A stretch of DNA of 64,000 bases from Jiangellaceae bacterium. GTDB taxonomy: Bacteria; Actinomycetota; Actinomycetes; Jiangellales; Jiangellaceae. The stretch spans positions 12,614 to 76,613 of the forward strand of contig JBOGDS010000003.1 of assembly GCA_050743075.1 (NCBI GenBank). The letters are read 5' to 3'. Under the pieces are notes generated by a model that did no database searches, was not told where the DNA came from, and was given only the letters and a program-made list of their open reading frames with translations. Shown here in pieces: positions 36,726 to 46,214 of the stretch; the stretch's first letter is position 1; each line of letters begins with the position of its first letter. Made by a program: the position numbers and the translations under genes.

Positions 36726-37990
36726 TGGCCCGCCAGCGCGCCGGCAAAGGAGTCGATGGCGCCGGCCAGGGTCTCGACGTGGTGTCCCAGCGCCTCGACG
36801 ACGTCGTCCGAGGGCAACGCCCCGCCGGTCAGCGTGTCGAAGAACTCGCCCGCTGCTCCTCGGTAGGCGTTGAGGTCATCGAGCTGCTGCTGCTGGCCGG
36901 CGTCGTCTCCGCCCGCGGCCGCGACGGCGTACTCGACGAAGTCGGTGATGTGCGCGCGCCAGAGCTTGAGGAAGGCGTCCTGCTGGTCGGGCGCGACCGA
37001 CCCGACGGCCGCCGCGAGATCGGTGGAGTTCTCGTCCAGCGCGGCTGCCGCAGCCTCGAACTCCGGCGAGTCCGGGCTCACCGTGTAGGCGGCGAAGACG
37101 GAGATCCCGGCCAGGTAGACGTGGCTGGTCAGCTGGCTGGTCAGCCCTGCGCGCAACGCCGAGGCGTCGTCGGCCGGGTCGCCGTCCATCTCGGTCGCCG
37201 CGGCGATGCCACCGGCGAGGGCTTCCGCGCTCATCGCCATGTGGTCGCCGGCCGTCTTCAGCAGGTCGTAGGCGGCGGTGTCACCCGCTGCTAGACCGTC
37301 GACGGCCGCGGCCAGGGTCGTGACGTGCTCGTTGAGCGACTCCGTCACTGCCGCGGCGGGCAGTGCGCCGCCGGTGATCTCCTCGAAGAACGCGCCTTGT
37401 GCGGTCGTGTACGCCATCAGGTCGGCCACTTCCTGGTCTTTGGCGGCTTCGTCATCGTCCCTGGCGGCCACCGCGTAGCCGACGAAGTCACCGATGTGCG
37501 CACGCCACCCGTCGAGGAACTCGTCACGTCGGTCGGGAACGACGGAGCCGATCGCGTCGGCGATCGCCACAGAGTTCACGTCCAGGGCGTCGGCTGCGGC
37601 CTGGAACTCTGCCGAGTCCGGGGCCGTCGCGTACGCCGTGGCCACCGCGACACCGGCGAGGTACACGTGCTCGGTGAGCAGCCCGGTCAGCCCGGCCCGC
37701 AGCTCGGCAGCCCCCGAGGCGGTGTCGCCCTCGATACCCGCGCCCTCCGCGATGCCGTCCGCGAGAGCGGCCGCGGTCATCGGCATGTGTGACGCGGCAA
37801 CGCGAAGGTCCTCGAACGGTGCGCCGGTGCCTTGCGCCGCGAGTGGCGCCAGCATCTGCTCGGACTCGGACTCGGACGGCTGCGGTGTGCTGGGCGACGC
37901 CAGGTCGCCGTCGTCGCCGCAGGCCGCGAGGCCCAGGACGAGCGCCGCGGCGCCAGCGGTCAGCAGGGTTCTGCGGATCGTGCAGATCAT
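36722..37990 (-). CDS. lipoprotein made of two tandem ~180-aa helical repeats, function unknown
   Basis: Lipobox 'LVLGLAACG'. The two halves align throughout (HVYLAG, PDSxEFxAAAxALDxNS, WRAHIxDFVxYAVAA, FFxxxTGGALP, HVxTLA). Confidence 0.8.
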   Translation of the reverse strand: MICTIRRTLLTAGAAALVLGLAACGDDGDLASPSTPQPSESESEQMLAPLAAQGTGAPFEDLRVAASHMPMTAAALADGIAEGAGIEGDTASGAAELRAGLTGLLTEHVYLAGVAVATAYATAPDSAEFQAAADALDVNSVAIADAIGSVVPDRRDEFLDGWRAHIGDFVGYAVAARDDDEAAKDQEVADLMAYTTAQGAFFEEITGGALPAAAVTESLNEHVTTLAAAVDGLAAGDTAAYDLLKTAGDHMAMSAEALAGGIAAATEMDGDPADDASALRAGLTSQLTSHVYLAGISVFAAYTVSPDSPEFEAAAAALDENSTDLAAAVGSVAPDQQDAFLKLWRAHITDFVEYAVAAAGGDDAGQQQQLDDLNAYRGAAGEFFDTLTGGALPSDDVVEALGHHVETLAGAIDSFAGALAGQ

Positions 37991-38060
37991 CGAGAATCTC
38001 CCCGTTGGTGGACCTGTCTGGTCTCATCCAGGGTTCGCTCGGACCAGCCGCGCAGATTGG

Positions 38061-38540
38061 TCAGGTCTGGCCGAGATGCTCCTGCGCGTCGAACAGCTCG
38101 GACTGCTGCCAACTCCACGTCGCCTCGAAGACGGTGAAGCCCGCGGCGCGGGCTGCGCGGCAGACGGCCGGGTCGTCGTCGACCAGCACCGCGACGGACC
38201 GCTCCTGCGCGAGCTGGCGTAGCACGGCCACCTTCAGCACTCGTGCCGGCCGGCGGTCCCCGTCGGGACGTAACCTCAAGCGGGCCGCCGGAGCACCGTG
38301 CTCGCGCAGCCACGCCTCGGTCTCGGGACGGGTCCGCTCGGGGCGTCCGGAGAGGTAGACGAGGTCGTGCTCGACCGCGAGCTCGCGCGCGACCGCCATG
38401 CCCTCGGCGAGCGGCCGATCGTCCGGGATGCCCGCGAAGAACGCGTTCCAGTCCTTCCCAGGGCCCTCGAGGTGATGCAGCCGCGCCGATACGTCGGCGA
38501 GAACCCCGTCCAGGTCCACGACGGCGAACGGGCGTGCCAT
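38061..38540 (-). CDS. HAD-superfamily phosphatase (polynucleotide-3'-phosphatase-like)
   Basis: Motif I 'AVVDLDGVLAD'; 'VYLSGRPE'; 'VLVDDDP'. 159 aa. Confidence 0.7.
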   Translation of the reverse strand: MARPFAVVDLDGVLADVSARLHHLEGPGKDWNAFFAGIPDDRPLAEGMAVARELAVEHDLVYLSGRPERTRPETEAWLREHGAPAARLRLRPDGDRRPARVLKVAVLRQLAQERSVAVLVDDDPAVCRAARAAGFTVFEATWSWQQSELFDAQEHLGQT

Positions 38541-39350
38541 TCAGCCGGCCGGGACGACGAAGTCGTAACCGACAGCGGCCAACTCCTCGATGATTCCGCT
38601 CAGCGCCTCGACCGAGCCATCGTTGCCGCCGTCGTGCAGCACGACGACCGAGCCGGGTTGCACCGCCGCGAGCACGTCGCCTCGGATGGAGGCCGGGCTC
38701 GATCCCTCCCAGTCCCGTGGGTCGACGTTCCAGCCGAGTGGCGCTTGGTCAAACGACGCCGCGACGTCGTTCAGGTTCGGTGCGAAGTTGCCGCCGGGCG
38801 CGCGGAAGAACGGCACTCGCGCGTTGGGAACGGCGGCACGGATCGCGTCGAGGGTGTCACCGATCTCGCGCCGGATCCGGGCGTCGTCGCGGGTCGCGAG
38901 GGCGAAGTCGTGGGTGGTGGAGTGGTCGCACAGCGTGTGGCCCTCGGCGACGATCGTGCGGACCAGGGCAGCATGGTCACGCGCGTTCACGCCGAGGACG
39001 CAGAACGTCGCCGTGACCCCGTGGTCGGCCAGAGTCTCGAGCACCTCCGGCGTGTACCGCGGGTCGGGCCCGGTCGAGAACGTCAGCGCCACGGTTGTGC
39101 CGGAGCGTCCGGTCGTCGTGATCACACCGGGGACCTCGAGCCCGGACGGCGCACCGTCGGGCCGGTCGGCATCGGGGTTGTCAAAGGAGGAAGAGGAGCC
39201 CGGCCCGTCGCCGACCTCGCTGGACTGAGCGGCGCTGCCGTCGGAGTCCGCGCCGTCGTCGGACCCCCAGTCGCCCGTTTGGGCCGCCAAGATCACACCG
39301 ATCACCAGGCCGGTGACGGCAGCACCCGACGAGCCGTTCGCCACCGACAC
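38541..39350 (-). CDS. NodB-homology (polysaccharide deacetylase) domain protein with a degenerate motif 1
   Basis: 'ALTFSTGPDPRYTPEVL...ATFCVLG', 'LCDHSTTHDF', 'FFRAPGGNF', 'VVVLHDGG'. N-terminal TM helix. Confidence 0.8.
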   Translation of the reverse strand: MSVANGSSGAAVTGLVIGVILAAQTGDWGSDDGADSDGSAAQSSEVGDGPGSSSSFDNPDADRPDGAPSGLEVPGVITTTGRSGTTVALTFSTGPDPRYTPEVLETLADHGVTATFCVLGVNARDHAALVRTIVAEGHTLCDHSTTHDFALATRDDARIRREIGDTLDAIRAAVPNARVPFFRAPGGNFAPNLNDVAASFDQAPLGWNVDPRDWEGSSPASIRGDVLAAVQPGSVVVLHDGGNDGSVEALSGIIEELAAVGYDFVVPAG

Positions 39351-39436
39351 CTCGCAGGGGGCTCTTGCGGCGCATGCGTTACTCCGCTCACAGTACCCAC
39401 AGGGTGATCAACGAATCCACCGCCGGCTCCGGCATT

Positions 39437-41113
39437 TCAGCAGTTCGGGCGGCACTGCCTCTCGACCATGGCGTCGAGGAACACCTGCTGGATGTCACGG
39501 GGATCCACCGCCTGGTACGCCCGCGCGCCGGTGGCCTCGGAGATCCGGGTGAGCGCGCTCATGTCGGCCTGATCGGTCATGCCGATCATGATGACGGGAA
39601 TCGGCCGGGCCGGGTCGACCTCGACCCGGAGCGTGGTGAGCAGGGTCTCGAGATCGATGCCGTCGGGGTCGTCCTCGTTCCGACCGTCGGTGAGCAGGAC
39701 CACCGAGTTGATCTTCTCCGGGTCGTAGATCGACCGCACCGTCCGGAACGCCGCGAGCACGGTGTCGTAGAGCGCCGTACCCCCTTGAGCGCGTTCGGCG
39801 AGGCTGTCGACCGCGTCCACCAGTGCCTGCTGATGGGACACGCCGTCCACATCCTCGCCCAGCGGGCGGATCGGTACCAGCTCGACGTGGTCGACGGGCG
39901 GATCCTGGTTGACCGAGAAGGCCCACAACCCGATCGAGCTGGTGGGCGGGAACAAGCCCAACGCGGTCTTGGCTGCCTCTACCGTCAGATCGATGCGGGT
40001 GCCGCCGCCCTCGACCTGCTCGTTCATCGACCCCGACACGTCGATGACCGCCAGCAACTGGCTGTCGATCGACAGCGCCGCCCATTGCCGCAGGATGTGC
40101 GCCGCCTGGCTGGGCTCGGGTGTAGGCAGCACGGTGGGCATCGCAACCTGGGTGCCGTCGACGATACCCGCATCCCCGTCAGGCTCCCCGCCCGGCGTGC
40201 GGAACCCGGCGTCGGTGAGGACCGCCACCGCCTCGGGTGTGCGCAGGGCGGCGTCGAACGCCGCCGCCGCCTCCTCGGTCGCCGCAGTCGTCGAGGCCGT
40301 CGAGACCGTGACCACCGGGTAGTCGAGCACGAGCGTTCCCTCGCTCGGGTAGAGCGCCACGACGGGGTTGCCCGGGCTGCTCGCGTTGTGGGAGACGACC
40401 GACTGCTCGGTCGCGGTGAACATCGGCGCCGCCGCCGGGTCGGCCGCAAGCTGCTCGTACGCCGCGCTGACCGACTCCACAGCCCCGCGCGAGATCGCCG
40501 TCATCGCCGCGACCAGCTGCGTGGGATCGGCCTGGCCCACCCCGACCGTGGCGCCTACCGCGAGCAGCGTGGCCAGGCCCTCGCCGGTCGTCGTCGGATC
40601 GGTGATGGTGGCGGTCGCGTCGCCTTCGAGAACGGCGCTCCAGGAGAACGTGGCGTCCGGCCAGCCGGCCTGTTCGGCGGCGGGTTGCGACGCGACCACG
40701 ACCAGCGGAGACGTGGCTACCGGCTCGCCCACCGTGACGTCGACGCCCTCGGTCGCGACCTGCGTGGTCCAGAGGCTGGAGTCGGGGATCCACAGATCGG
40801 CCGGCACCTCGCCGCCCACGCCGCCGGCCACCGACGCCGAGGCCAGCGGCACGACGTCGACCGCGGCGCACACCCCGCCCACGCCGGCCGAGCCGTCGAC
40901 ATAGGCCTCGGCGACCTCGGACAGCGCCGGGGCGATCGCCGGGTCCGCGACCACGACGAGCGGGTCAGCCTGCTGGCAACTCGTCTCGCGGCCGCCGAGG
41001 AACGCGTTCGCGGCGAGCGCCGCGGCAGCCACCAGCGACAGGGCCACGCCGCCCACGGCAAACCGTCGGGGCCAGGAGCGCCGCCGGCGCGACGAGGCGT
41101 GACGTCCAGACAT
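39437..41113 (-). CDS. solute-binding-like domain plus von Willebrand factor A domain protein
   Basis: TM/signal 'FAVGGVALSLVAAAALAANAF'. MIDAS 'AVIDVSGSMNEQ'. ATG at 41113. Confidence 0.8.
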   Translation of the reverse strand: MSGRHASSRRRRSWPRRFAVGGVALSLVAAAALAANAFLGGRETSCQQADPLVVVADPAIAPALSEVAEAYVDGSAGVGGVCAAVDVVPLASASVAGGVGGEVPADLWIPDSSLWTTQVATEGVDVTVGEPVATSPLVVVASQPAAEQAGWPDATFSWSAVLEGDATATITDPTTTGEGLATLLAVGATVGVGQADPTQLVAAMTAISRGAVESVSAAYEQLAADPAAAPMFTATEQSVVSHNASSPGNPVVALYPSEGTLVLDYPVVTVSTASTTAATEEAAAAFDAALRTPEAVAVLTDAGFRTPGGEPDGDAGIVDGTQVAMPTVLPTPEPSQAAHILRQWAALSIDSQLLAVIDVSGSMNEQVEGGGTRIDLTVEAAKTALGLFPPTSSIGLWAFSVNQDPPVDHVELVPIRPLGEDVDGVSHQQALVDAVDSLAERAQGGTALYDTVLAAFRTVRSIYDPEKINSVVLLTDGRNEDDPDGIDLETLLTTLRVEVDPARPIPVIMIGMTDQADMSALTRISEATGARAYQAVDPRDIQQVFLDAMVERQCRPNC

Positions 41114-41156
41114 CGGTCTCCGGGCGAGTCCTACAGGGAAGGGGCAGCCTAGCCGG

Positions 41157-42317
41157 TCACGAGACCGAGGGGAGAATTGGGTGTCTATGTGGTGCTTCTC
41201 CGGCGGCGGTTTCGGGTTGCGACACCGTGAGCTTGGCGACGTGGGTGTCATTGGCCGCCATCGGGTCGATGTCCGCCGTCGACGCCAGCGCGCGGGCGCG
41301 GGGATGCAGGACGCCCGGTGCGTCGCCGTCGACCCACGCCGCGAAGGTGACGGCCGCCTCGCTCCCGGCCGGCATGGGGTCGACAGCACACACGACACGC
41401 TCGGTGGTGAAGCCGCACGCGCCGGCCGTGGCAGCCAACGTGACGGCATCGGGAGTGAGACCGGCAGGCGTGGCCAGCGTCAGCGTCGCCGGGCCGGTCT
41501 GGTCGTCAGGCCCGTCGTTGGACACGGTCACTGTGACAGTGACCATGTCGCCGACGGTGGCGGTGGCGGGGGACACGACCGTCGCCAGGCGCAAGTCCGT
41601 GACAGCGGCGGCCTCGGTCGCCGTCGTGACGGCGGCCACGAGGGATCCGCCGGCACGACCCGGCCAGACCGGGATCGCCGCCTCCGTGTCACCCGCCTCG
41701 ATCGCGGCACGCGCCTGCGCGTCGCCACCGTGCGCGACGACGTCAGCGGACGCGTCGACCTCGCCTCGGACCGGTGTCGACAAGCCGGACACCGTGGCGG
41801 TGCCCGGCTCTGCGCCGGTGGCACTCGACAGCCCGTCGAGGACCCGCAGGTCGCGCAGCGGCTCCGATGGGGATGTCCAGGCCGTCACCAACGACCAGTC
41901 CGCATCGGCAGAATCGCTCACGGTCAGGTCGACGGAAGGGCCGGCGGCGGCGAACAGGTTGGTCACCTCGGCGACCGCGCCGTAACCCAGAACGGGATCG
42001 GCATCGAGTTGCGCGGCGGCGACCACAGTCGACGGCCCGGATCCGACCCGGACCGTCACCTGAGCGGCCGGCGCATTCGTCGACGGGCCGGTTGCACCCC
42101 AGTACAAGCCGGCGAAAAGCAGTCTGCTGCCGGCCGGCCGGGTGGCCGTCGCGGTTTCGGAGTCACTGCGCAGGATCGAGATGTCGCCAGGTGCCCGCCT
42201 CTCGAACCGCGGCTCCAACGGCCGCACCTCCGTCGCGGCAGCCTGAGTCGCGCTGCCGATGACCAATCCGGCCGCGAGCAGCGCCGTGAACGCGCCGGCA
42301 GACGCGATTCTCACCAT
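41157..42317 (-). CDS. secreted DUF11 (conserved repeat) domain protein
   Basis: Signal 'MVRIASAGAFTALLAAGLVIGSATQAAA'. 'GDMVTVTVTVSNDGPDDQTGPATLTLATPAGLTP'. ATG at 42317. Confidence 0.7.
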   Translation of the reverse strand: MVRIASAGAFTALLAAGLVIGSATQAAATEVRPLEPRFERRAPGDISILRSDSETATATRPAGSRLLFAGLYWGATGPSTNAPAAQVTVRVGSGPSTVVAAAQLDADPVLGYGAVAEVTNLFAAAGPSVDLTVSDSADADWSLVTAWTSPSEPLRDLRVLDGLSSATGAEPGTATVSGLSTPVRGEVDASADVVAHGGDAQARAAIEAGDTEAAIPVWPGRAGGSLVAAVTTATEAAAVTDLRLATVVSPATATVGDMVTVTVTVSNDGPDDQTGPATLTLATPAGLTPDAVTLAATAGACGFTTERVVCAVDPMPAGSEAAVTFAAWVDGDAPGVLHPRARALASTADIDPMAANDTHVAKLTVSQPETAAGEAPHRHPILPSVS

Positions 42318-42380
42318 CGGAAGCCAAGGGTAACCCGCATATCGGTGCCGGCGAATGGCCGAACCGTCGAGAATCGCGCC

Positions 42381-42977
42381 ATGGCTGTCACGGTGTCTCC
42401 TGTCACGCCGGAACGGTGGGGCGATCTGGTCGAGTTCTTCCGCCCGAACGGTGCGTACAGCAACTGCTGGTGCGCCTTCTTCCGGGTCCGCGCCAAGGAC
42501 TACGGCGCCAGCATGACGTGGGATCCACCCGACCCGGGCCGCTCCAACCGGGAGGTGCTGGAGCGGCTGACGCTCGCGGGCGACGTGCCCGGTCTGCTCG
42601 CGTACCACGGCGACGAGCCGGTCGGCTGGGTGTCAGTGGCACCGCGTCCGCAGTACGAGCGCGTCCTCCGGTCGCGAACGATCGGACCGGATAAACCGGA
42701 CGAAACTGATGTCTGGTCGATCGTGTGCTTCTGGATCCCGGCCCGCCGCCGTCGACAGGGGATCGGGACTGTCTTGCTCGACGGCGCGGTGTCGCACGCG
42801 AGGTCCCGCGATGCGCGTGTGCTCGAGGCGTACCCGGTCGACACGGCGGGGGAGCGGCGACCCGGAGCCGATCTCTACTGGGGGACGGTCGGCATGTACC
42901 GGCGAGCCGGCTTCGGCATCGCGGCCCACCCCCACAGTGGGCGTCCCGTTGCACGCCTCGTCGTGCGCGGAGGCTGA
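42381..42977 (+). CDS. GNAT-family N-acetyltransferase
   Basis: 'WSIVCFWIPARRRRQGIGTVLLDGAVSHARSRDARVLEAYP'. Confidence 0.75.
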   Translation: MAVTVSPVTPERWGDLVEFFRPNGAYSNCWCAFFRVRAKDYGASMTWDPPDPGRSNREVLERLTLAGDVPGLLAYHGDEPVGWVSVAPRPQYERVLRSRTIGPDKPDETDVWSIVCFWIPARRRRQGIGTVLLDGAVSHARSRDARVLEAYPVDTAGERRPGADLYWGTVGMYRRAGFGIAAHPHSGRPVARLVVRGG

Positions 42978-43049
42978 CCTGGGTGTTGCGCTTCCCCTAC
43001 GGTCTTAGGCACGGCGTACTACGCCGAAGTCCGAGAGTTCGGAGGCAGG

Positions 43050-43304
43050 GTGAGCGACACGAGACAGCACCAGATACTCGATCAGATCCAGGCCCTGGTC
43101 GACCAGGAGCACGAGTTACGGTCCAGGGTCCAGGCTGGCGAGCTCGCGCCCGGCGAGGAGCAGGAGGGCCTGCGCCAGCTGGAGGTGGCGCTCGACCAGT
43201 GCTGGGACCTCCTCCGCCAGCGCCGGGCCCGGTGGGACGCCGGCCAGGATCCCGACGAGGCGGAAGTGCGACCGGTCAATGAGGTCGAGGGATACCAGCA
43301 GTAA
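43050..43304 (+). CDS. DUF2630-family small protein
   Basis: 84 aa, 'ILDQIQALVDQEHELR...LDQCWDLLRQRRA'. Confidence 0.7.
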   Translation: MSDTRQHQILDQIQALVDQEHELRSRVQAGELAPGEEQEGLRQLEVALDQCWDLLRQRRARWDAGQDPDEAEVRPVNEVEGYQQ

Positions 43305-43372
43305 GACGAAGCACTCCGCCAGAAACATGCGGATGGGTAAAGGATCACTGCCCGGACCCTGACTGGTAACCG

Positions 43373-43954
43373 TTAGGCGCCGCGTGCTTCCAGGGCCGTC
43401 ATGGCCTTGCGGAGGTGCGCAGACCGCGTCTTGGGGGTGCGGGCGGTGGCCAGGTCCAGGATCACGGCGTACTGGCCGGTCTTGCTGAGCGATTCGAAGG
43501 CCTGGGCCGCCCGGGGGCTCGCGGCCAGAGCGGCGGCGAGGTCGGGCGGGACGGTGGCATCTCTCTGAGACTCGTAGGCGGCGTCCCACCGTCCGTCGGC
43601 CTTGGCGGCCTCGACCTCGGCGAGGCCGGACGGTCGCATCCGCCCGGCCGCGATGAGCGCCTCGACCTTGCGCACGTTCACCTGCGACCATCGGCTCCGT
43701 GGCCGGCGCGGGACGTACTTCTGCAAGTAGTACACCTCGTCGTATGCCTTGCGCTGGCCAGAGATCCAGCCGTAGCACAAGCCGAGGTCGACCGCCTCGT
43801 CGTCGGCCAGCGACGCAACGCCGGACCCCTTCTTCGCGATCTTGAGCCATACGCCGGGACTGTGGTCGACGTGCTCGGCTAGCCATGCTTCGAACTCGCC
43901 GGCGTCGCGGAATGCGATCACGTCGGCCACGTCTGCCTCAGGCTTCGTCGGCAT
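43373..43954 (-). CDS. YdeI/OmpD-associated family protein
   Basis: 'VWLKIAKKGSG...LCYGWISGQRKAYDEVYYLQKYVPRRPRSRWSQVN'. Confidence 0.7.
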   Translation of the reverse strand: MPTKPEADVADVIAFRDAGEFEAWLAEHVDHSPGVWLKIAKKGSGVASLADDEAVDLGLCYGWISGQRKAYDEVYYLQKYVPRRPRSRWSQVNVRKVEALIAAGRMRPSGLAEVEAAKADGRWDAAYESQRDATVPPDLAAALAASPRAAQAFESLSKTGQYAVILDLATARTPKTRSAHLRKAMTALEARGA

Positions 43955-44140
43955 GTGCCGACACTAACGCGCCCTCCTTTCGGTTCCTGGCAACTGCCGA
44001 GACGAAGATCCGCGCCTCCAGGAGATGGGACAGACAGGACTCCTCGTTTGTCCCAACTCGTCACCGGGGTACATCGTGAGTACTCGATGTCCCACGGCCG
44101 AGTAGGCCGGTCGACGGAGGGACCTGCATCTCCCGGCAAT

Positions 44141-45400
44141 TCAGGGCTCCCTTTCGTCTGGCGGGGTCGGCATGGCCAGTTGGAGGAATGCCTCTCGACG
44201 GCGCTCCCGATGCTGTCGTTCCGGCTGCGCTGCCGGTCCGTCGAGGGATTCGGTCAGTTCTCGGGCTGCCTCTGCGTACCGCCCCTCGCGGGCGAGTAGT
44301 TCGGCGCGAACCGCGTGCCAGCGGGGGCTCGGCGGCAGTTCGGTCAGCATGGCGAGCCCGGTCGCGGCATCGGCCGCTTCAGTTGCCGCAACCACCCGGC
44401 CCAGGCCGGCGGCGTGACTGGGAGCGATCGACACGAGCAGATCGTAGAGCCGCAGGATCTCCGTCCAGTCGGTGTCGTCATAACTGGCGGCACGGGCATG
44501 CTCCGCCGCGATGGCGGCCTGGAGCTGGTACGCGTCCGCCTGCCCGTGCGAGCGGCGCAGTGAATCGTTCAGGAGCGCGATGCCGCGGCCGATTGCCGCA
44601 GCGTCCCACCGACCACGATTCTGCTGGTCGAGGGTCACGACGTGACCATGTTCGTCGAGCCGTGAGGGCCTGCGGGCCTCGGTGAGGAGCAGCAGCGCCA
44701 GGACGGAGGCGGGCATTGGCTGATCCGGAAGCAGATCATGCAGGAGCTCGGCCAACCGGACCGCCTCGGCACAGGCGTCCACATCGTAGGCGGCGCGGCC
44801 GTCGACCGGTGCATGGCCAGCGGTGTAGAGGCTGTGGATCACCCCGCACACCGTCGGCAACCGGTCGGCCAACTCATCCTCGGCCGGCACCCGGTAGGGG
44901 ATGTGGGCTGCAGCGATCTTCTGTCGAGCCCGGGTCAGGCGCTTCGTCGTGGCGGCCTCGGTGGTGAGGAGCACGGCGGCCGTCTGCGCCGGCGAGAGAC
45001 CACACAGCGTTCGCAGTGCCAGGGCGACCCGGGTCGGCGGTGAGAGGGCGGGATGGCAGCAGGTGAAGATTAATCGCAGCAGGTCGTCGTGCACGACGTC
45101 GTCCGCCGGAAGGTCGGACCTCGCGAGTTCGATCATCCGCAGTCCGTCCCGCTCCTTGCCCGGGCGGGCCCGCTCGCGCCGAAGGATGTCGATCGCCTTT
45201 CTTCGCGCGGTCACCGTGAGCCAGGCACGCGGCTGTGGCGGCACCCCGGTGACCGGCCACGCGCCGAGTGCCGCCAGGGTTGCCTCCTGCACGGCGTCCT
45301 CGGCTATCTGTACGTCGCCGACGGTCCGAATCAAGGTCGCGAGGATGCGTGCGCCCTCGACCCGGACCGTCTCGGCGACGGTGCTGTGCTCGGAGGCCAC
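44141..45400 (-). CDS. sigma-70-family (ECF-like) sigma factor with a long C-terminal helical-repeat extension
   Basis: Region 2 'AEDAVQEATLAALGAW...AWLTVTARRKAIDILRRE' and region 4 'LSPAQTAAVLLTTEAATTKRLTRARQKI'. 419 aa. Paired with a YCII gene. Confidence 0.8.
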   Translation of the reverse strand: MASEHSTVAETVRVEGARILATLIRTVGDVQIAEDAVQEATLAALGAWPVTGVPPQPRAWLTVTARRKAIDILRRERARPGKERDGLRMIELARSDLPADDVVHDDLLRLIFTCCHPALSPPTRVALALRTLCGLSPAQTAAVLLTTEAATTKRLTRARQKIAAAHIPYRVPAEDELADRLPTVCGVIHSLYTAGHAPVDGRAAYDVDACAEAVRLAELLHDLLPDQPMPASVLALLLLTEARRPSRLDEHGHVVTLDQQNRGRWDAAAIGRGIALLNDSLRRSHGQADAYQLQAAIAAEHARAASYDDTDWTEILRLYDLLVSIAPSHAAGLGRVVAATEAADAATGLAMLTELPPSPRWHAVRAELLAREGRYAEAARELTESLDGPAAQPERQHRERRREAFLQLAMPTPPDEREP

Positions 45401-45406
45401 GACCGC

Positions 45407-45754
45407 TTACTTGGATGCGATGACCGGGCGCACCTCGACGGCGCCGCCCCAAGCCGCGGGAAGCTCAGCCGAGATCGCCACTGCTTCCTCCAGGTCTGCA
45501 GCCTCGAGCAGGTAGAACCCGGTCAACGCCTCCTTGGTCTCGGCGTAGGGCCCGTCGGTCGTGACTACGTTTCCCCCACGGGCACCTTCCACGCGGACGA
45601 CCGTGGCCGTGCTGGTCGGGTGCAATACGGCACTCGCCAGGATGCTGTCAGTGTTGTCCACCGCGAACTGGCGGTACTCGGCGAGCTCACTCGCCTGCTC
45701 GGGCGCCCACCAGTCCACATCTGCGGTGTAGATCAATGCAAGGTACTGCGGCAT
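45407..45754 (-). CDS. YCII-related domain protein
   Basis: 'MPQYLALIY...DGPYAETKEALTGFYLLEAADLEEA'. Confidence 0.85.
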   Translation of the reverse strand: MPQYLALIYTADVDWWAPEQASELAEYRQFAVDNTDSILASAVLHPTSTATVVRVEGARGGNVVTTDGPYAETKEALTGFYLLEAADLEEAVAISAELPAAWGGAVEVRPVIASK

Positions 45755-46003
45755 CGGTACACTCCTTCGTTGCCTTCAGGACCCACCTTGGTCCCTCAAG
45801 AATGGAACGAACAGGCGGTCGCGGAAAGGACGTGCCCGAGTCGCCCATCTCGATCCGATGGACGATGCTCGTGGGTGCGACGTGTCAGCCGGGATCCTCG
45901 GGGCCACTGGATGCGGATCTTGCCAGCGGAGCGGACGCAACCGGCGCAGCGGAACGACCCCGTGGTTCGTGTCCGCCCGGGCACAGTGTCGCGGGCATTG
46001 ACC

Positions 46004-46214
46004 TCAATCGGCATCGGGCACGATCCGTGCGCGGCGCGGCCGTACTGCCTTGTCGAGGTCGACGATGTCGTGCACGGCGGCGAGGAACTGCAACGAGACC
46101 CGCTCCCGGCCTTCCCGTGACAAGGCGGTAGATCTGCGAGGGGGAGAGGTCGATGCCTCGCTCTTTCCAGTGGGGGAGCAGGTCGGTGCTGTTGTGCAAG
46201 CTGGCCATGGCCAT
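46004..46214 (-). pseudogene. small XRE-type HTH protein, frameshifted remnant
   Basis: 'MAMASLHNSTDLLPHWKERGIDLSPSQIYRLVTGRP' continues in another frame as 'ERVSLQFLAAVHDIVDLDKAVRPRRARIVPDAD*'. Low-GC surroundings. Confidence 0.4.
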
